DNA of 42,725 bases from a virus (Duplodnaviria; Heunggongvirae; Uroviricota; Caudoviricetes), in the IMG/VR virus record IMGVR_UViG_2737471827_000006, positions 1 through 42,725 of that record; one strand, given 5' to 3'. The position numbers were made by a program, and so were the translations under genes. Of the stretch, positions 1 to 8,331 are shown one piece after another; positions within the stretch are counted from its first letter, which is position 1; every line of letters begins with the position of its first letter. The notes under the pieces are model-generated. The model did not search any database, was not told where the DNA came from, and saw nothing but the letters and a program-made list of their open reading frames with translations.

Positions 1-414
1 TTATCCTATGTATTCCTTCGCATTTATTCCATGCTTTAATAAGTGTATAAGGTTTTAGCTAAGTTGATTTTTTTATTGACTTGGCTTTTTTGTGTCTGGT
101 TTGATGGTCTAGTTATGAGTGTAGGTATTTTTCGATTAAAGCGTATATCTTGATTTTTATATTAAGAATCATTCCTGATTTCTACTGAAGCCAAGAGAAA
201 ATTATTAATATATTTCATAGGATGATTTTGAATTAGGATCTAAACAATAAGATATGGTTCACGTAAATTTATTTTGCTGGAGTGATAACTCGATTGGGTG
301 TTTATTGAGGGGGGGCAAAAATATTGGTTTGACATTATTATTACTACCTTTTTTTGTTTCTTTGCTCAGTGTTTACGTTGCTTTTTAGCGTGCAAAAAAT
401 AGAGAACTATTATA

Positions 415-1677
415 CTAATTCATTTTCTTTATTCTCTGGGCGAATTCAAACGGTGTAATGTGTTCTTTTCTGTTGGCATTAAGGTAGTCAGCCCACCATT
501 GTAACATGAGTTTTCTCTCTTCGAGATGTTCCGCTTTGTGGATATATGCTGCCCGAACCGAGTTACGCTCTTGGTGGCTCATTTGACGTTCTACGGCGTC
601 TCTTGACCATAACCCAGATTCGATTAATGCACTACAAGCCATAGTTCGAAAACCGTGACCACAAACTTCAGCTTTCGTGTCGTAACCCATGGTGCGAAGA
701 GCCTTGTTAACAGTGTTTTCGCTGATTGGTTTGTCATCGCGACTAAAACCAATGAACATAAGATCCTTTTCTCCACTTATAGCTTGGAGCCTTTTAAATA
801 ATACTACAGCCTGCTTACTTAGCGGCACAAGATGAGGGGTTTTCATTTTTGAGCCCCTATTTGAATACTTAACCCCCTCCAATTCTCGTCTTTCTGCAGG
901 GATTGTCCATAAGGAGTTTTTGAAATTCACCTCAGACCAACGAGCGAATCTAAGTTCACTTGAACGGATGAAAGTCAGTAGAGTTAATTGAACTGCTATT
1001 TGAGTGATACCTTTCCCTTTATAGGCATCAATCCGTTTGAGAAGCTCAGGAAGTCGTTCGAGGGGAAGGGCAGGGCGGTGATTACTCTTGGCAGTGGTTA
1101 CAGCGCCTGCGAGGTCGTAAGCTGGGTTTTGGTCAATCAAAGCATTGTGAACAGCATACCGCATGATGGCAGTGATTCTTTGTTGTAAACGGGCAGCAAG
1201 TTCAAGATGTCCAGTTTCCTCTGCTTTTTTCAGAGGAACAAGTAAATCACGAGTTTTAAGCTCACTAATGTTCCGCTTACCGATAACAGGAAATACATGA
1301 GTGATCAGGCTGTTTAATACGGTAGTTCTGTGACTGTCTGACCAGGTTCTGTTGCTTGAGTGCCAGTCTCTGGCAACAGTTTCAAAAATGAGTAAGCCTT
1401 TCTCTTCAATCTTTTCTGTTTTTCGCTTTTCGCCAGGGTCAACATTGTTGGCAATGAGTTGCCTTGCTTCTTCTCTTCTACGACGAGCTTCTGCTAAAGA
1501 CACTTCGGGATAAACACCAAGCGCCAACATTTTTTGCTTACCAGAAAAGCGATATTGAAGCCGCCAGTATTTTGAACCCGTAGGGTGAACCAGGAGATGC
1601 ATACCATCCCCATCTGTTAACTTGACGGGCTTTTCAGTAGGTTTCGCATTTCTGACTTTTACCTCAGTTAGTGCCAT
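415..1677 (-). CDS. int: Tyrosine recombinase / phage integrase (P4-like family)
   Basis: 420 aa ORF; N-terminal DUF4102-like arm-binding region and C-terminal catalytic-domain motifs typical of P4-type integrases; AGGAGG RBS 5-6 nt upstream of ATG; sits at the left end co-oriented with the early-left operon. Confidence 0.9.
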   Translation of the reverse strand: MALTEVKVRNAKPTEKPVKLTDGDGMHLLVHPTGSKYWRLQYRFSGKQKMLALGVYPEVSLAEARRRREEARQLIANNVDPGEKRKTEKIEEKGLLIFETVARDWHSSNRTWSDSHRTTVLNSLITHVFPVIGKRNISELKTRDLLVPLKKAEETGHLELAARLQQRITAIMRYAVHNALIDQNPAYDLAGAVTTAKSNHRPALPLERLPELLKRIDAYKGKGITQIAVQLTLLTFIRSSELRFARWSEVNFKNSLWTIPAERRELEGVKYSNRGSKMKTPHLVPLSKQAVVLFKRLQAISGEKDLMFIGFSRDDKPISENTVNKALRTMGYDTKAEVCGHGFRTMACSALIESGLWSRDAVERQMSHQERNSVRAAYIHKAEHLEERKLMLQWWADYLNANRKEHITPFEFAQRIKKMN

Positions 1678-1941
1678 TGTGACCTCCTGATGATGGTATC
1701 TGCATTATCGAACTTACAATACCAACAGTTATACCAACAAAACAAGCTGGATGTCCGTATATCCCAACAGTCCTTGGTAGACCATGGTTAAAGTGTACTT
1801 CATTGAAATGATTGGGAAAAATAGACTTTGATATACTTCGGTAGACAGGGTTCTGGCGTCCCCTGCAGACATCTACTTGAAGCGGCAGGGGATTGATTGG
1901 AATGATATTTTTTAGATGTGAGAAATATTTTACCCGCTATT

Positions 1942-2142
1942 TTACCCATTAGCGCGGCTTAAGAGCTTATTTTTGAATTCACAATGGTCACGATATAACC
2001 ATCTTGCGCGTCCGTGGATAACTTTGGCTTTTGGCAGGTCGCCGGACTTAATCCGGTCATAGATGAAGGTTTTACCAAAGCCAGTATCGGCCATGATGAA
2101 TTTCAAATCAACCAGTGAATCAGGTTGTAGTTCGTGTTGCAT
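1942..2142 (-). CDS. AlpA-family DNA-binding protein, likely excisionase/regulator
   Basis: 66 aa; AlpA-like sequence (FIMADTGFGKTFIYDRIKSGDLPKAKVIHGRARWL); immediately upstream of int on the same strand, the usual xis position. Confidence 0.75.
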   Translation of the reverse strand: MQHELQPDSLVDLKFIMADTGFGKTFIYDRIKSGDLPKAKVIHGRARWLYRDHCEFKNKLLSRANG

Positions 2143-2187
2143 GAGTGCTATCTCCGAATAGGGAATCGAACCTGCAAATCAGGCAAG

Positions 2188-2209
2188 AAAAAACCGCCAT
2201 CAGGCGGCT
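2188..2209 (-). terminator. Putative intrinsic terminator
   Basis: Minus-strand reading GCCGCC-TGAT-GGCGG followed by TTTTTT; short stem, so moderate support. Confidence 0.4.
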
Positions 2210-2370
2210 TGGTGTTCTTTCAGTTCTTCAATTCGAATATTGGTTACGTCTGCATGTGCTATCTGCGCCCATATCATCCAGTGGTCATAGCAGTCGTTGA
2301 TGTTCTCTGCTTCGATAACTCTGTTAAATGGCTCTCCATTCCTCCATTCACCTGTGACTCGGAAGTGCAT
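2200..2370 (-). CDS. Small hypothetical protein (56 aa), not in the supplied ORF track
   Basis: ATG preceded by GGAGATG SD-like motif; stop codon lies in the loop of a short GC hairpin followed by a T-run; translation MHFRVTGEWRNGEPFNRVIEAENINDCYDHWMIWAQIAHADVTNIRIEELKEHQAA. Confidence 0.4.
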   Translation of the reverse strand: MHFRVTGEWRNGEPFNRVIEAENINDCYDHWMIWAQIAHADVTNIRIEELKEHQAA

Positions 2371-2442
2371 TTATCATCTCCATAAAACAAAATCCGCCGT
2401 AGCGAGTTCAGATAAAAGAAATCCCCGCGAGTGCGAGGATTG

Positions 2443-2748
2443 TTATTCAGTGCTGATATTTACCTTTATAGCGAACACCTTTACCGGTTTATCGCCGAAG
2501 TGCGGATGTGTGATTGTTTTCACTTCATATCCTCCATACGGAACATCAATTCTGCGACTGGAGTCGTCGCGCTTCGGATATCCCTTTGTGATAATCAGGC
2601 GGTCATACTCGCGTAACATAATTCGCTTATTCCAGTAGTCATTACACAAGCGATACTCTTCCGTTTTCTCTCCGCGAATCATGGCATCGAAGTATTCACC
2701 TTTGACAGCAAGTTGCAGGTTAGCCATTACCGCACCTCCAGTCTCCAT
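2443..2748 (-). CDS. ASCH-domain protein
   Basis: 101 aa; contains the ASCH signature GxKxxExR (GEKTEEYR); overlaps the next upstream gene by 22 nt. Confidence 0.65.
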   Translation of the reverse strand: METGGAVMANLQLAVKGEYFDAMIRGEKTEEYRLCNDYWNKRIMLREYDRLIITKGYPKRDDSSRRIDVPYGGYEVKTITHPHFGDKPVKVFAIKVNISTE

Positions 2749-2987
2749 ACCGCCTGACCAATCCGGCTGGCATAGGTATCTTTGGATACTGCTCCGTCTT
2801 TAGCCAGCTCCATAAGAATTTTGCGCAAATCTGCCGAACGCCATTCTTCATCAGGAAATTCCTTCTCCATTGCCAACCGCAGATTCCAGGTTGCTATCGT
2901 GAATGGATATTCCCCGCCGAGAGCTTTCTCTTGCAGGGCAGCCCGGGAACGCATCACCTGCAAAACCTTCTCTTTTACATCTATCAT
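2727..2987 (-). CDS. Hypothetical early-left protein
   Basis: 86 aa ORF in operon context with short overlaps (ATGA coupling with upstream gene). Confidence 0.55.
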   Translation of the reverse strand: MIDVKEKVLQVMRSRAALQEKALGGEYPFTIATWNLRLAMEKEFPDEEWRSADLRKILMELAKDGAVSKDTYASRIGQAVWRLEVR

Positions 2988-3442
2988 TTCGCCTCCTGCG
3001 GCGGCTCTGGTAGTGGCATCCAGTGTGACGGCTCACATACCCCCTCAACACCATTCATGTAAAAGAATTGAAATAACCCTTTACCTTTGTGAAACCCTAC
3101 CATCTGCTCTTTTGTGTCTGAACAATAAACCAAAAAGCTACCTTTTTTGTAGGCCACATACGCAGTGCAATCTGACTCAATCAGGCTTTCTGTAGGGATG
3201 TACTGGCAATCAACGTGCCACACTGCCATTGCATCCACGCTATCAGCGCAAACAGGCTGATCGATATCTCGCCCACAATTCCAGGCTTTTTGGGCTTCTT
3301 CCAGCGTGTAAACATGAGCGCGATCGATATCAGAACTGTAACCATTGCCGTTATGGCAATGGAATGAAGCGTTATTGCCCACAGTTTCACGCGAGCACAT
3401 CATGTAAAAACGGTTAGTCACTGGCTGCCTCCTTTGCGCCAC
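2984..3442 (-). CDS. Hypothetical Cys-rich protein
   Basis: 152 aa ORF with many Cys/His; start uncertain (GTG at 3442, or internal ATG pair about 39 nt downstream). Confidence 0.5.
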   Translation of the reverse strand: MAQRRQPVTNRFYMMCSRETVGNNASFHCHNGNGYSSDIDRAHVYTLEEAQKAWNCGRDIDQPVCADSVDAMAVWHVDCQYIPTESLIESDCTAYVAYKKGSFLVYCSDTKEQMVGFHKGKGLFQFFYMNGVEGVCEPSHWMPLPEPPQEAK

Positions 3443-3603
3443 ATCGCATTCAGATATTTGTTTTCATTCACTGATGGAAAAGAATTTCTCTTAAGTAATT
3501 CCTCTCTCGATGGCATTGGCTTTACGCGTTGGCGAATAATCATTTCTGCCGGAAGAATGCCGGGATTGTATGCAAGTCCTCTCATGGTAAATTCCTCAGT
3601 CAT
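3418..3603 (-). CDS. Small hypothetical protein (61 aa)
   Basis: Internal ATG of track ORF 3418..3735; ATG overlaps the stop of the upstream gene in an ATGACTGA arrangement. Confidence 0.35.
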   Translation of the reverse strand: MTEEFTMRGLAYNPGILPAEMIIRQRVKPMPSREELLKRNSFPSVNENKYLNAMWRKGGSQ

Positions 3604-3889
3604 TACTGATAGCGCCATAACGTGAGCGGTAATTACGCAGGCGCGGGTCAATTTCAGGGAAGTGGGTATATGTGGCTTTGCGGAATGGTCGGATTGATGT
3701 CTGGTAAATTCGCTCGCGTTCTTCTTTCTCTGCAAGCCATATACAGTGGCGAAATTCCTTTTCCTCTTTCGTTTCCTGCGGTAGAGACATTATCCGGTCG
3801 TAGTTTTTTCTGAATTTATCCAGCACCTCCGATACGGAATTGCCGGAACAGCGGCGCGCGTCATCCGCACCATACAGAGGCGCTGGCAT
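3596..3889 (-). CDS. Hypothetical early-left protein
   Basis: 97 aa ORF with ordinary composition in operon context. Confidence 0.5.
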   Translation of the reverse strand: MPAPLYGADDARRCSGNSVSEVLDKFRKNYDRIMSLPQETKEEKEFRHCIWLAEKEERERIYQTSIRPFRKATYTHFPEIDPRLRNYRSRYGAISND

Positions 3890-3912
3890 AATGGGAGCCT
3901 TATTTTCAGTAA

Positions 3913-4500
3913 TCAGAAAGGAGGGTAATCGTTCTGGCTGTAACCATAATCATCTGCATGATTCTGGCTTACGTTTTTAGAGCGATTGTCTTTATCTTTG
4001 AGATTGGCAACCATGTTGGCGATAGTTTCTGGTTGCTTGCCTTCTGCCTTTTCTTTAAGGGTTTGACCTGTTTGTGCAATAAACGGGATGCGTATTTCCA
4101 TCTGGTAGCTGTCTGCGCCAGTCTTTTTGTTTGTGGTTAATACTTTCTGGAGCACTAACCCGATTTTCTTTCCATGAAATTCAGGTGCAACAAATTTACT
4201 GGCGGAAACCATATGTTGCGTTAATTGTCCAATCCCGGCACACCCCATCATGGCGTGGACGACATTTGCGCCAAATTTATTTTCCGTTCCGTCATTTTTC
4301 TGAACACAGACGCTAAGATATTGGATTTTACGTCCGTCGTCGGATTCGCCAGAAAACTCAATAAATTTGGCTCCTTTTTCTGATTGCTTTAGTTCTGCTT
4401 CAGTAATGGTAATGATATGAGCGCCAGTTTCGTTAATAAAACCACCTTGCCCTGCGGTCAGTGCTGCTTCTTCGTTATAAGTAAAAATCACGTTGCTCAT
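3913..4500 (-). CDS. Phage SSB-like protein (DUF669-like) partnered with Sak4
   Basis: 195 aa; acidic aromatic C-terminal tip (DDYGYSQNDYPPF) reminiscent of SSB tails; sits immediately downstream of a Sak4-type ATPase, a known pairing. Confidence 0.65.
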   Translation of the reverse strand: MSNVIFTYNEEAALTAGQGGFINETGAHIITITEAELKQSEKGAKFIEFSGESDDGRKIQYLSVCVQKNDGTENKFGANVVHAMMGCAGIGQLTQHMVSASKFVAPEFHGKKIGLVLQKVLTTNKKTGADSYQMEIRIPFIAQTGQTLKEKAEGKQPETIANMVANLKDKDNRSKNVSQNHADDYGYSQNDYPPF

Positions 4501-5177
4501 GCGGCGTTTTCCTTAATTTGATGAACATTATTGATGCCGTAGTAATCACAAACAGTGGCATCGACGAAAGAGAGATCGTTATCAATCTCATTGGAGTCAA
4601 ACATTCCCATTGGGGATTTAACAGTGTCTGCACCGTTGTTTTTTGTGGTGAAAAAGAACTGGTCATCACGGGTAAGGGTGCGAAGAACTATAGTAAACAT
4701 GCCTTCGACAGTGATTTTCTCGTCCAGCATTTTGCCGATAGTTTTCATTTTCACGCGCCCCATAGGGGTTTCTTCGGTGTGTGCAAGAAAATAGACTCTC
4801 AGGTCATCAGGTGCATCCTGTGCAGCCTTAATCACCTCCCATGCGTGGCGGCCTATCTCAGTAAATTTATCAAACGATTTTTCTTCTGAGCGGCGCATAA
4901 ACTCATTGCTCATCACATACTGGAAGTCATCAACAATAACGATTCTTTTCCCGTATTCGTGAGCACGCTTAATTACGGCAACTATTACGTCCCATTTGTC
5001 AGTGGTAACTACGGTTCCTTTTTTTGCTCTGGCATCCCATGCAAGCCAGTCTTTTGATTTAAATGGTAGCGGCTTGCCTATTGGTTTTATAAGTATTGCT
5101 TCCTCTGGATTGATATTTCTCATGCTGGTTGATTTTCCGGTGCCAGATTCACCGAGTATTAATGTCGCAGTTCCCAT
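4497..5177 (-). CDS. Sak4-like recombination ATPase (RecA-fold)
   Basis: 226 aa; Walker A GESGTGKST near the N-terminus and Walker B-like IVIVDDF; occupies the exo/bet position. Confidence 0.8.
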   Translation of the reverse strand: MGTATLILGESGTGKSTSMRNINPEEAILIKPIGKPLPFKSKDWLAWDARAKKGTVVTTDKWDVIVAVIKRAHEYGKRIVIVDDFQYVMSNEFMRRSEEKSFDKFTEIGRHAWEVIKAAQDAPDDLRVYFLAHTEETPMGRVKMKTIGKMLDEKITVEGMFTIVLRTLTRDDQFFFTTKNNGADTVKSPMGMFDSNEIDNDLSFVDATVCDYYGINNVHQIKENAA

Positions 5178-5185
5178 AATTTGCC

Positions 5186-5386
5186 TCAGAATGGTAATTC
5201 GGATGGGACGGAAAGAAATTCGCGCTCATTCATGCGCTCTCTTTGAGCCTGCCATAAACAAAGTTGTTTCTTTGATTTATCTCCCGCTTTACGCCAGTAA
5301 CGAGCCTCAGCAATGTGATATTCTCTTTTTAATCGACTTAATTCTGGAGTTTTCGCCAGTTCTACCGGAATCATTTTGACCTCCAT
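5186..5386 (-). CDS. Small hypothetical protein
   Basis: 66 aa ORF between kil and the Sak4 gene. Confidence 0.45.
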   Translation of the reverse strand: MEVKMIPVELAKTPELSRLKREYHIAEARYWRKAGDKSKKQLCLWQAQRERMNEREFLSVPSELPF

Positions 5387-5484
5387 TTTCTGTAGGCTTC
5401 GATGGCCTCACGAAACATCTTTTCATCGCCAATAAAAGTGGCGATAGTGAATTTAGTCTGGATAGCCATAAGTGTTTGATCCAT
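5371..5484 (-). CDS. kil: Kil-like protein
   Basis: 37 aa from internal ATG of track ORF 5371..5610; MDQTLMAIQTKFTIATFIGDEKMFREA matches my recollection of the lambda Kil N-terminus; AGGAG RBS 9-10 nt upstream. Confidence 0.6.
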   Translation of the reverse strand: MDQTLMAIQTKFTIATFIGDEKMFREAIEAYRKWRSK

Positions 5485-5617
5485 TTTTTGGGACTCCTGG
5501 CTGATTAAGTATGTCGATAAGGCGTTTCCATCCGTCACGTAATTTACGGGTGATTCGTTCAAGTAAAGATTCGGAAGGGCAGCCAGCAACAGGCCACCCT
5601 GCAATGGCATATTGCAT
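5453..5617 (-). CDS. cIII: CIII (FtsH inhibitor that stabilises CII)
   Basis: 54 aa from internal ATG; MQYAIAGWPVAGCPSESLLERITRKLRDGWKRLIDILNQPGVPKNGSNTYGYPD matches lambda CIII as I recall it; AAGGAG RBS 5 nt upstream. Confidence 0.85.
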   Translation of the reverse strand: MQYAIAGWPVAGCPSESLLERITRKLRDGWKRLIDILNQPGVPKNGSNTYGYPD

Positions 5618-5645
5618 GGTGTGCTCCTTATTTATACATAACGAA

Positions 5646-5670
5646 AAACGCCTCGAGTGAAGCGTTATTG
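5646..5670 (-). terminator. Putative intrinsic terminator (tL-like)
   Basis: Minus-strand hairpin AACGCTTC-ACTC-GAGGCGTT running into a T-tract; between the accessory gene and cIII. Confidence 0.45.
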
Positions 5671-5680
5671 GTATGCATAT

Positions 5681-5704
5681 AAAAAGGCCCTCACACTGGA
5701 GGGC
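5681..5704 (-). terminator. Putative intrinsic terminator (tL-like)
   Basis: Perfect 6-bp stem GCCCTC/GAGGGC with 6-nt loop, followed by TTTTT on the minus strand. Confidence 0.55.
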
Positions 5705-5808
5705 AAAGAAGATTTCCAATAATCAGAACAAGTCGGCTCCTGTTTAGTTACGAGCGACATTGCTCCGTGTATTCACTCGTTGGAATGAATACACAGTGCT
5801 TATTTGTA

Positions 5809-6279
5809 CTAATAAAATACCCAATTTTCTGTTTCTTGGTTGTGTCCAAAGTTATATTCAATATCTGGTGTTGATGTATCAATATTCTTCATCCCATCAA
5901 CAAGAGTTGATGCAACAGCCAAATCTTGTTTGATTCTCATTAAATGGTATTTCTTCCGGCGCAATAAACTTTCAATGGCAAGTGTCTTCGTTGGGAATGC
6001 AAAAGATCTTTCTGCATTTTTTGCTACTTTCTTAATTGCATATCTATTTCTCTTTTGTTTCCATTCCTGTAACCACTGATTTGGTGCTGGTTTAAAATTA
6101 ACAATCCAATGCGCAGGAACCAACCATGCATAATGCTCTGTCTGATGAAAAGCTATATATTGAAGTGCGAATATTTTGATTCCATCTTCTTCAACTGTCG
6201 CCTGGAATCTCCAGAAAACAGGCATTCCATCATGTTCAGTTTCTGATTCAGGAAAAGGTACACTCCATGATTTTGTCAT
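5809..6279 (-). CDS. Hypothetical accessory protein at the sieB/ral/ea10 position
   Basis: 156 aa ORF directly downstream of N; visibly AT-richer than flanking lambda-like genes; no recognisable family. Confidence 0.65.
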   Translation of the reverse strand: MTKSWSVPFPESETEHDGMPVFWRFQATVEEDGIKIFALQYIAFHQTEHYAWLVPAHWIVNFKPAPNQWLQEWKQKRNRYAIKKVAKNAERSFAFPTKTLAIESLLRRKKYHLMRIKQDLAVASTLVDGMKNIDTSTPDIEYNFGHNQETENWVFY

Positions 6280-6287
6280 ATCTCACC

Positions 6288-6614
6288 TCAAATAAGTGGT
6301 TTGCTGCCTAATTTCATTTTCTGGCGACCAACACAAGTCACACCCATTTCACTGCGTGGCTTGCTGTACCATGTGCGCTGATTCTTGCGCTCAATACGTT
6401 GCAGGTTGCTTTCAATCTGTTCGTGGTATTCAGCCAGCACCGTAAGGTCTATCGGATTCAGTGCGCTTTCTACTCGTGATTTCGGTTTGCGATTCAGCGA
6501 GAGAATAGGGCGGTTAACTGGCTTTGCGCTTACCCCAACCAACAGGGGATTTGCTGCTTTCCATTGAGCCTGTTTCTCTGCGCGACGTTCGCGGCGGCGT
6601 GTTTGTGCATCCAT
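6288..6614 (-). CDS. N: Antitermination protein N
   Basis: 108 aa; arginine-rich N-terminus MDAQTRRRERRAEKQAQWKAANPLLVGVSAKPVNRPILSLNRKPKSRVESALNPIDLTVLAEYH closely matches lambda N as I recall it; AGGAGA RBS. Confidence 0.95.
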   Translation of the reverse strand: MDAQTRRRERRAEKQAQWKAANPLLVGVSAKPVNRPILSLNRKPKSRVESALNPIDLTVLAEYHEQIESNLQRIERKNQRTWYSKPRSEMGVTCVGRQKMKLGSKPLI

Positions 6615-6812
6615 CTGGATTCTCCTGTCAGTTAGCTTTGGTGATTGGATGGCCGGCGCTGAACCCCGGCTTACTGGTTAGAGCGCCCGCACTACCAGTG
6701 ACGCTGTCTTGAGGCGCAGATTGGTTACTGCTTGCCATGAGCGCTGTTTATACATTGGTCGAGCATCAGCCTGCTCATTCATCCAATCCCAAAGCCTTCT
6801 GCTTTGAATGCT

Positions 6813-6842
6813 GCCCTTCTTCAGGGCTTAATTTTTAAGAGC
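6813..6842 (-). promoter_or_regulatory. nutL (boxA plus boxB hairpin)
   Basis: Minus-strand reading GGCTCTTAA-AAATTAA-GCCCTGAAGAAGGGC; boxB is a perfect GCCCT/AGGGC hairpin as in lambda nutL; boxA differs from lambda CGCTCTTAA at one position. Confidence 0.85.
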
Positions 6843-6875
6843 CTCACCTTCATGGTGGTCAGTGCGTCCTGCTGA

Positions 6876-6911
6876 TGGGTAAACTTTATCGAAATGATAA
6901 ATTAATGGCAA
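6876..6911 (-). promoter_or_regulatory. pL-like promoter
   Basis: Minus strand: -35 TTGCCA, 17-nt spacer, -10 TAAAGT, then a leader beginning ATCAGCAGGACGCACTGACCACCATGAAGGTGA that matches the lambda pL transcript start as I recall it. Confidence 0.6.
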
Positions 6912-6960
6912 TAGCAAAATGATAAATTTCTTTGATTTTAAAATATCATATTGATTTTCA
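6885..6960. promoter_or_regulatory. oL operator cluster
   Basis: 17-bp palindrome TTTATCGAAATGATAAA overlapping the -10, plus further ATGATAAAT half-site repeats; the same half-site recurs in oR. Confidence 0.6.
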
Positions 6961-7113
6961 TGGTGTTTTATTTTTGTTGCAGGAATTCGACAGGAGAAAT
7001 GAAGAGGCTTGAGGGAGATCTGGATTGCGTGGTTTAGCAAGTTGTATTTATCAATTTTTCACTAAATACAATTGGTTATGTGTTTTTAGGTGGGGCGATC
7101 GTGAGGCAAAGAA

Positions 7114-7135
7114 AACCCGGCGCTGAGGCCGGGTT
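7114..7135 (-). terminator. Intrinsic terminator downstream of the protease gene
   Basis: Perfect 8-bp stem AACCCGGC/GCCGGGTT with 6-nt loop; followed by TTCTTTG on the minus strand. Confidence 0.6.
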
Positions 7136-7147
7136 GTGAGGAATTAA

Positions 7148-7333
7148 TTACAGAGCAAAGAGATCATGCATTAGGTTGCTGTTCATCTGGTGGTTGAATT
7201 GATACGGCTCCAATTCCTTCTTGATCTCGTTCAGGTGTTGTTCCGCTTTTTTTGCCAGATCGTGACCTTCTTGGATCTGGCTTTCCAACATCTTGTTGAG
7301 AATTTCCATCTCCGGTTGCAGATTCTTCGGCAT
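7148..7333 (-). CDS. Possible small overlapping ORF (61 aa) in an alternative frame of the protease gene 3' end
   Basis: Internal ATG of track ORF 7148..7423 preceded by GAGGA about 9 nt upstream; non-low-complexity helical-looking sequence, whereas the protease-frame tail here is low complexity. Confidence 0.3.
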   Translation of the reverse strand: MPKNLQPEMEILNKMLESQIQEGHDLAKKAEQHLNEIKKELEPYQFNHQMNSNLMHDLFAL

Positions 7334-8165
7334 TAGCTTTTTCCTCTTTTTGTAGATACGTTGTACAATCAATAACCCTCGGCTTTCCAAATGTTGGAAT
7401 GTCACCATTATGAATTTTGTCACAGAAAAGATTATAGAGTATTTCTGTTATACCTTTAGGATGCTCAACACACTTGAAAAGTTCCTTGGCTTCTTTTCTG
7501 TCGATAACAAATCCATGTGAAGGATATGAGGCTATTAGTTTGCCTAACGCCCCTTCTTTTAGGCTGCTTGGTTTGTCTGCTAATCGTTGGCCATAAGTGA
7601 TAGCTATACTCATTGCGCGCTGATGTTCACCAAGCTTTATTGGATCTATCTGTGCGGCCATAGGTGCTATCAACGCTTCTGTAAGTCTGGTCGCGATATC
7701 AGCAGACATTTTGGTACTTATCTGATTTTCGTATCTTATCTTAACAAGGTGTGAGTTAAACGCTGAAATAGAGCGTTCCTTTAGAGCATCAAGAGCTGTC
7801 ATGATAGCTAAACCAGAACTCATCTCACCTATTTCATCGTTTTTTTTCAGTTGGATATCTAATGGCCCAAGCTCCCCCATGTCACCAATAACAAGTTTAT
7901 TGGCTGCTATAGCTATTAGTGTACCAGCACTTTTGCATGGTCCAACAACTAAAAGTGTTACCGTTTCATAATGGTGCTGTAGAGCTCTACCTATACGATA
8001 ACCTGCATTTGGATCACCGCCATAAGTAGCAACACAGAAGATAACATTCTCTTTTAATCCATGTTGTGACTTACGTTTCTTGATTTCATTGGTGAGATCA
8101 AGATAACCATCACGATGAATATCGCCTGTATACACATAAACATCATGATTTTCAATAGAATTCAT
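7164..8165 (-). CDS. ClpP-fold / SDH-family-like serine protease at the rexAB position
   Basis: 333 aa; region VIFCVATYGGDPNAGYRIGRALQHHYETVTLLVVGPCKSAGTLIAIAANKLVIGDMGELGPLD resembles ClpP/SppA/SDH peptidases with a G-x-x-x-S-x-G nucleophile elbow (Ser79); charged low-complexity C-terminal tail; AGGGAG RBS; AT-rich. Confidence 0.7.
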   Translation of the reverse strand: MNSIENHDVYVYTGDIHRDGYLDLTNEIKKRKSQHGLKENVIFCVATYGGDPNAGYRIGRALQHHYETVTLLVVGPCKSAGTLIAIAANKLVIGDMGELGPLDIQLKKNDEIGEMSSGLAIMTALDALKERSISAFNSHLVKIRYENQISTKMSADIATRLTEALIAPMAAQIDPIKLGEHQRAMSIAITYGQRLADKPSSLKEGALGKLIASYPSHGFVIDRKEAKELFKCVEHPKGITEILYNLFCDKIHNGDIPTFGKPRVIDCTTYLQKEEKANAEESATGDGNSQQDVGKPDPRRSRSGKKSGTTPERDQEGIGAVSIQPPDEQQPNA

Positions 8166-8331
8166 TCGTTAAACTCCCTGCTGTGGTTACGATGAATGTA
8201 TTCATGTTGAAGCTAAGCCATAGCGGCTTGTCATCATCACCAATCTGGCGGAATTGACTGTTCATAAATCACAATTGGAATTACCCAAACGTCTCTTCAG
8301 GCCACTGGCTACCAGCTATGTGACGATGAAG

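Noticed and set aside
1-414. attL core or tRNA gene next to the left integrase
   Set aside because: The region is AT-rich but I could not recognise a tRNA (no T-loop/acceptor pattern) or a convincing direct repeat shared with 41377-41567; the only shared string was a roughly 10-nt inverted match, which is at chance level.
988-1188. 66-aa plus-strand ORF inside the integrase gene
   Set aside because: Antisense to a confidently assigned integrase; no RBS and no family resemblance.
6828-7040. 70-aa minus-strand ORF in the pL/nutL region
   Set aside because: It lies in the pL operator and leader sequence, has odd composition and no RBS; most likely non-coding regulatory DNA.
7164-8165. rexA/rexB homologues at the cI-downstream locus
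   Set aside because: The single large ORF here has a peptidase-like core and does not resemble RexA or RexB; the locus is analogous by position only.
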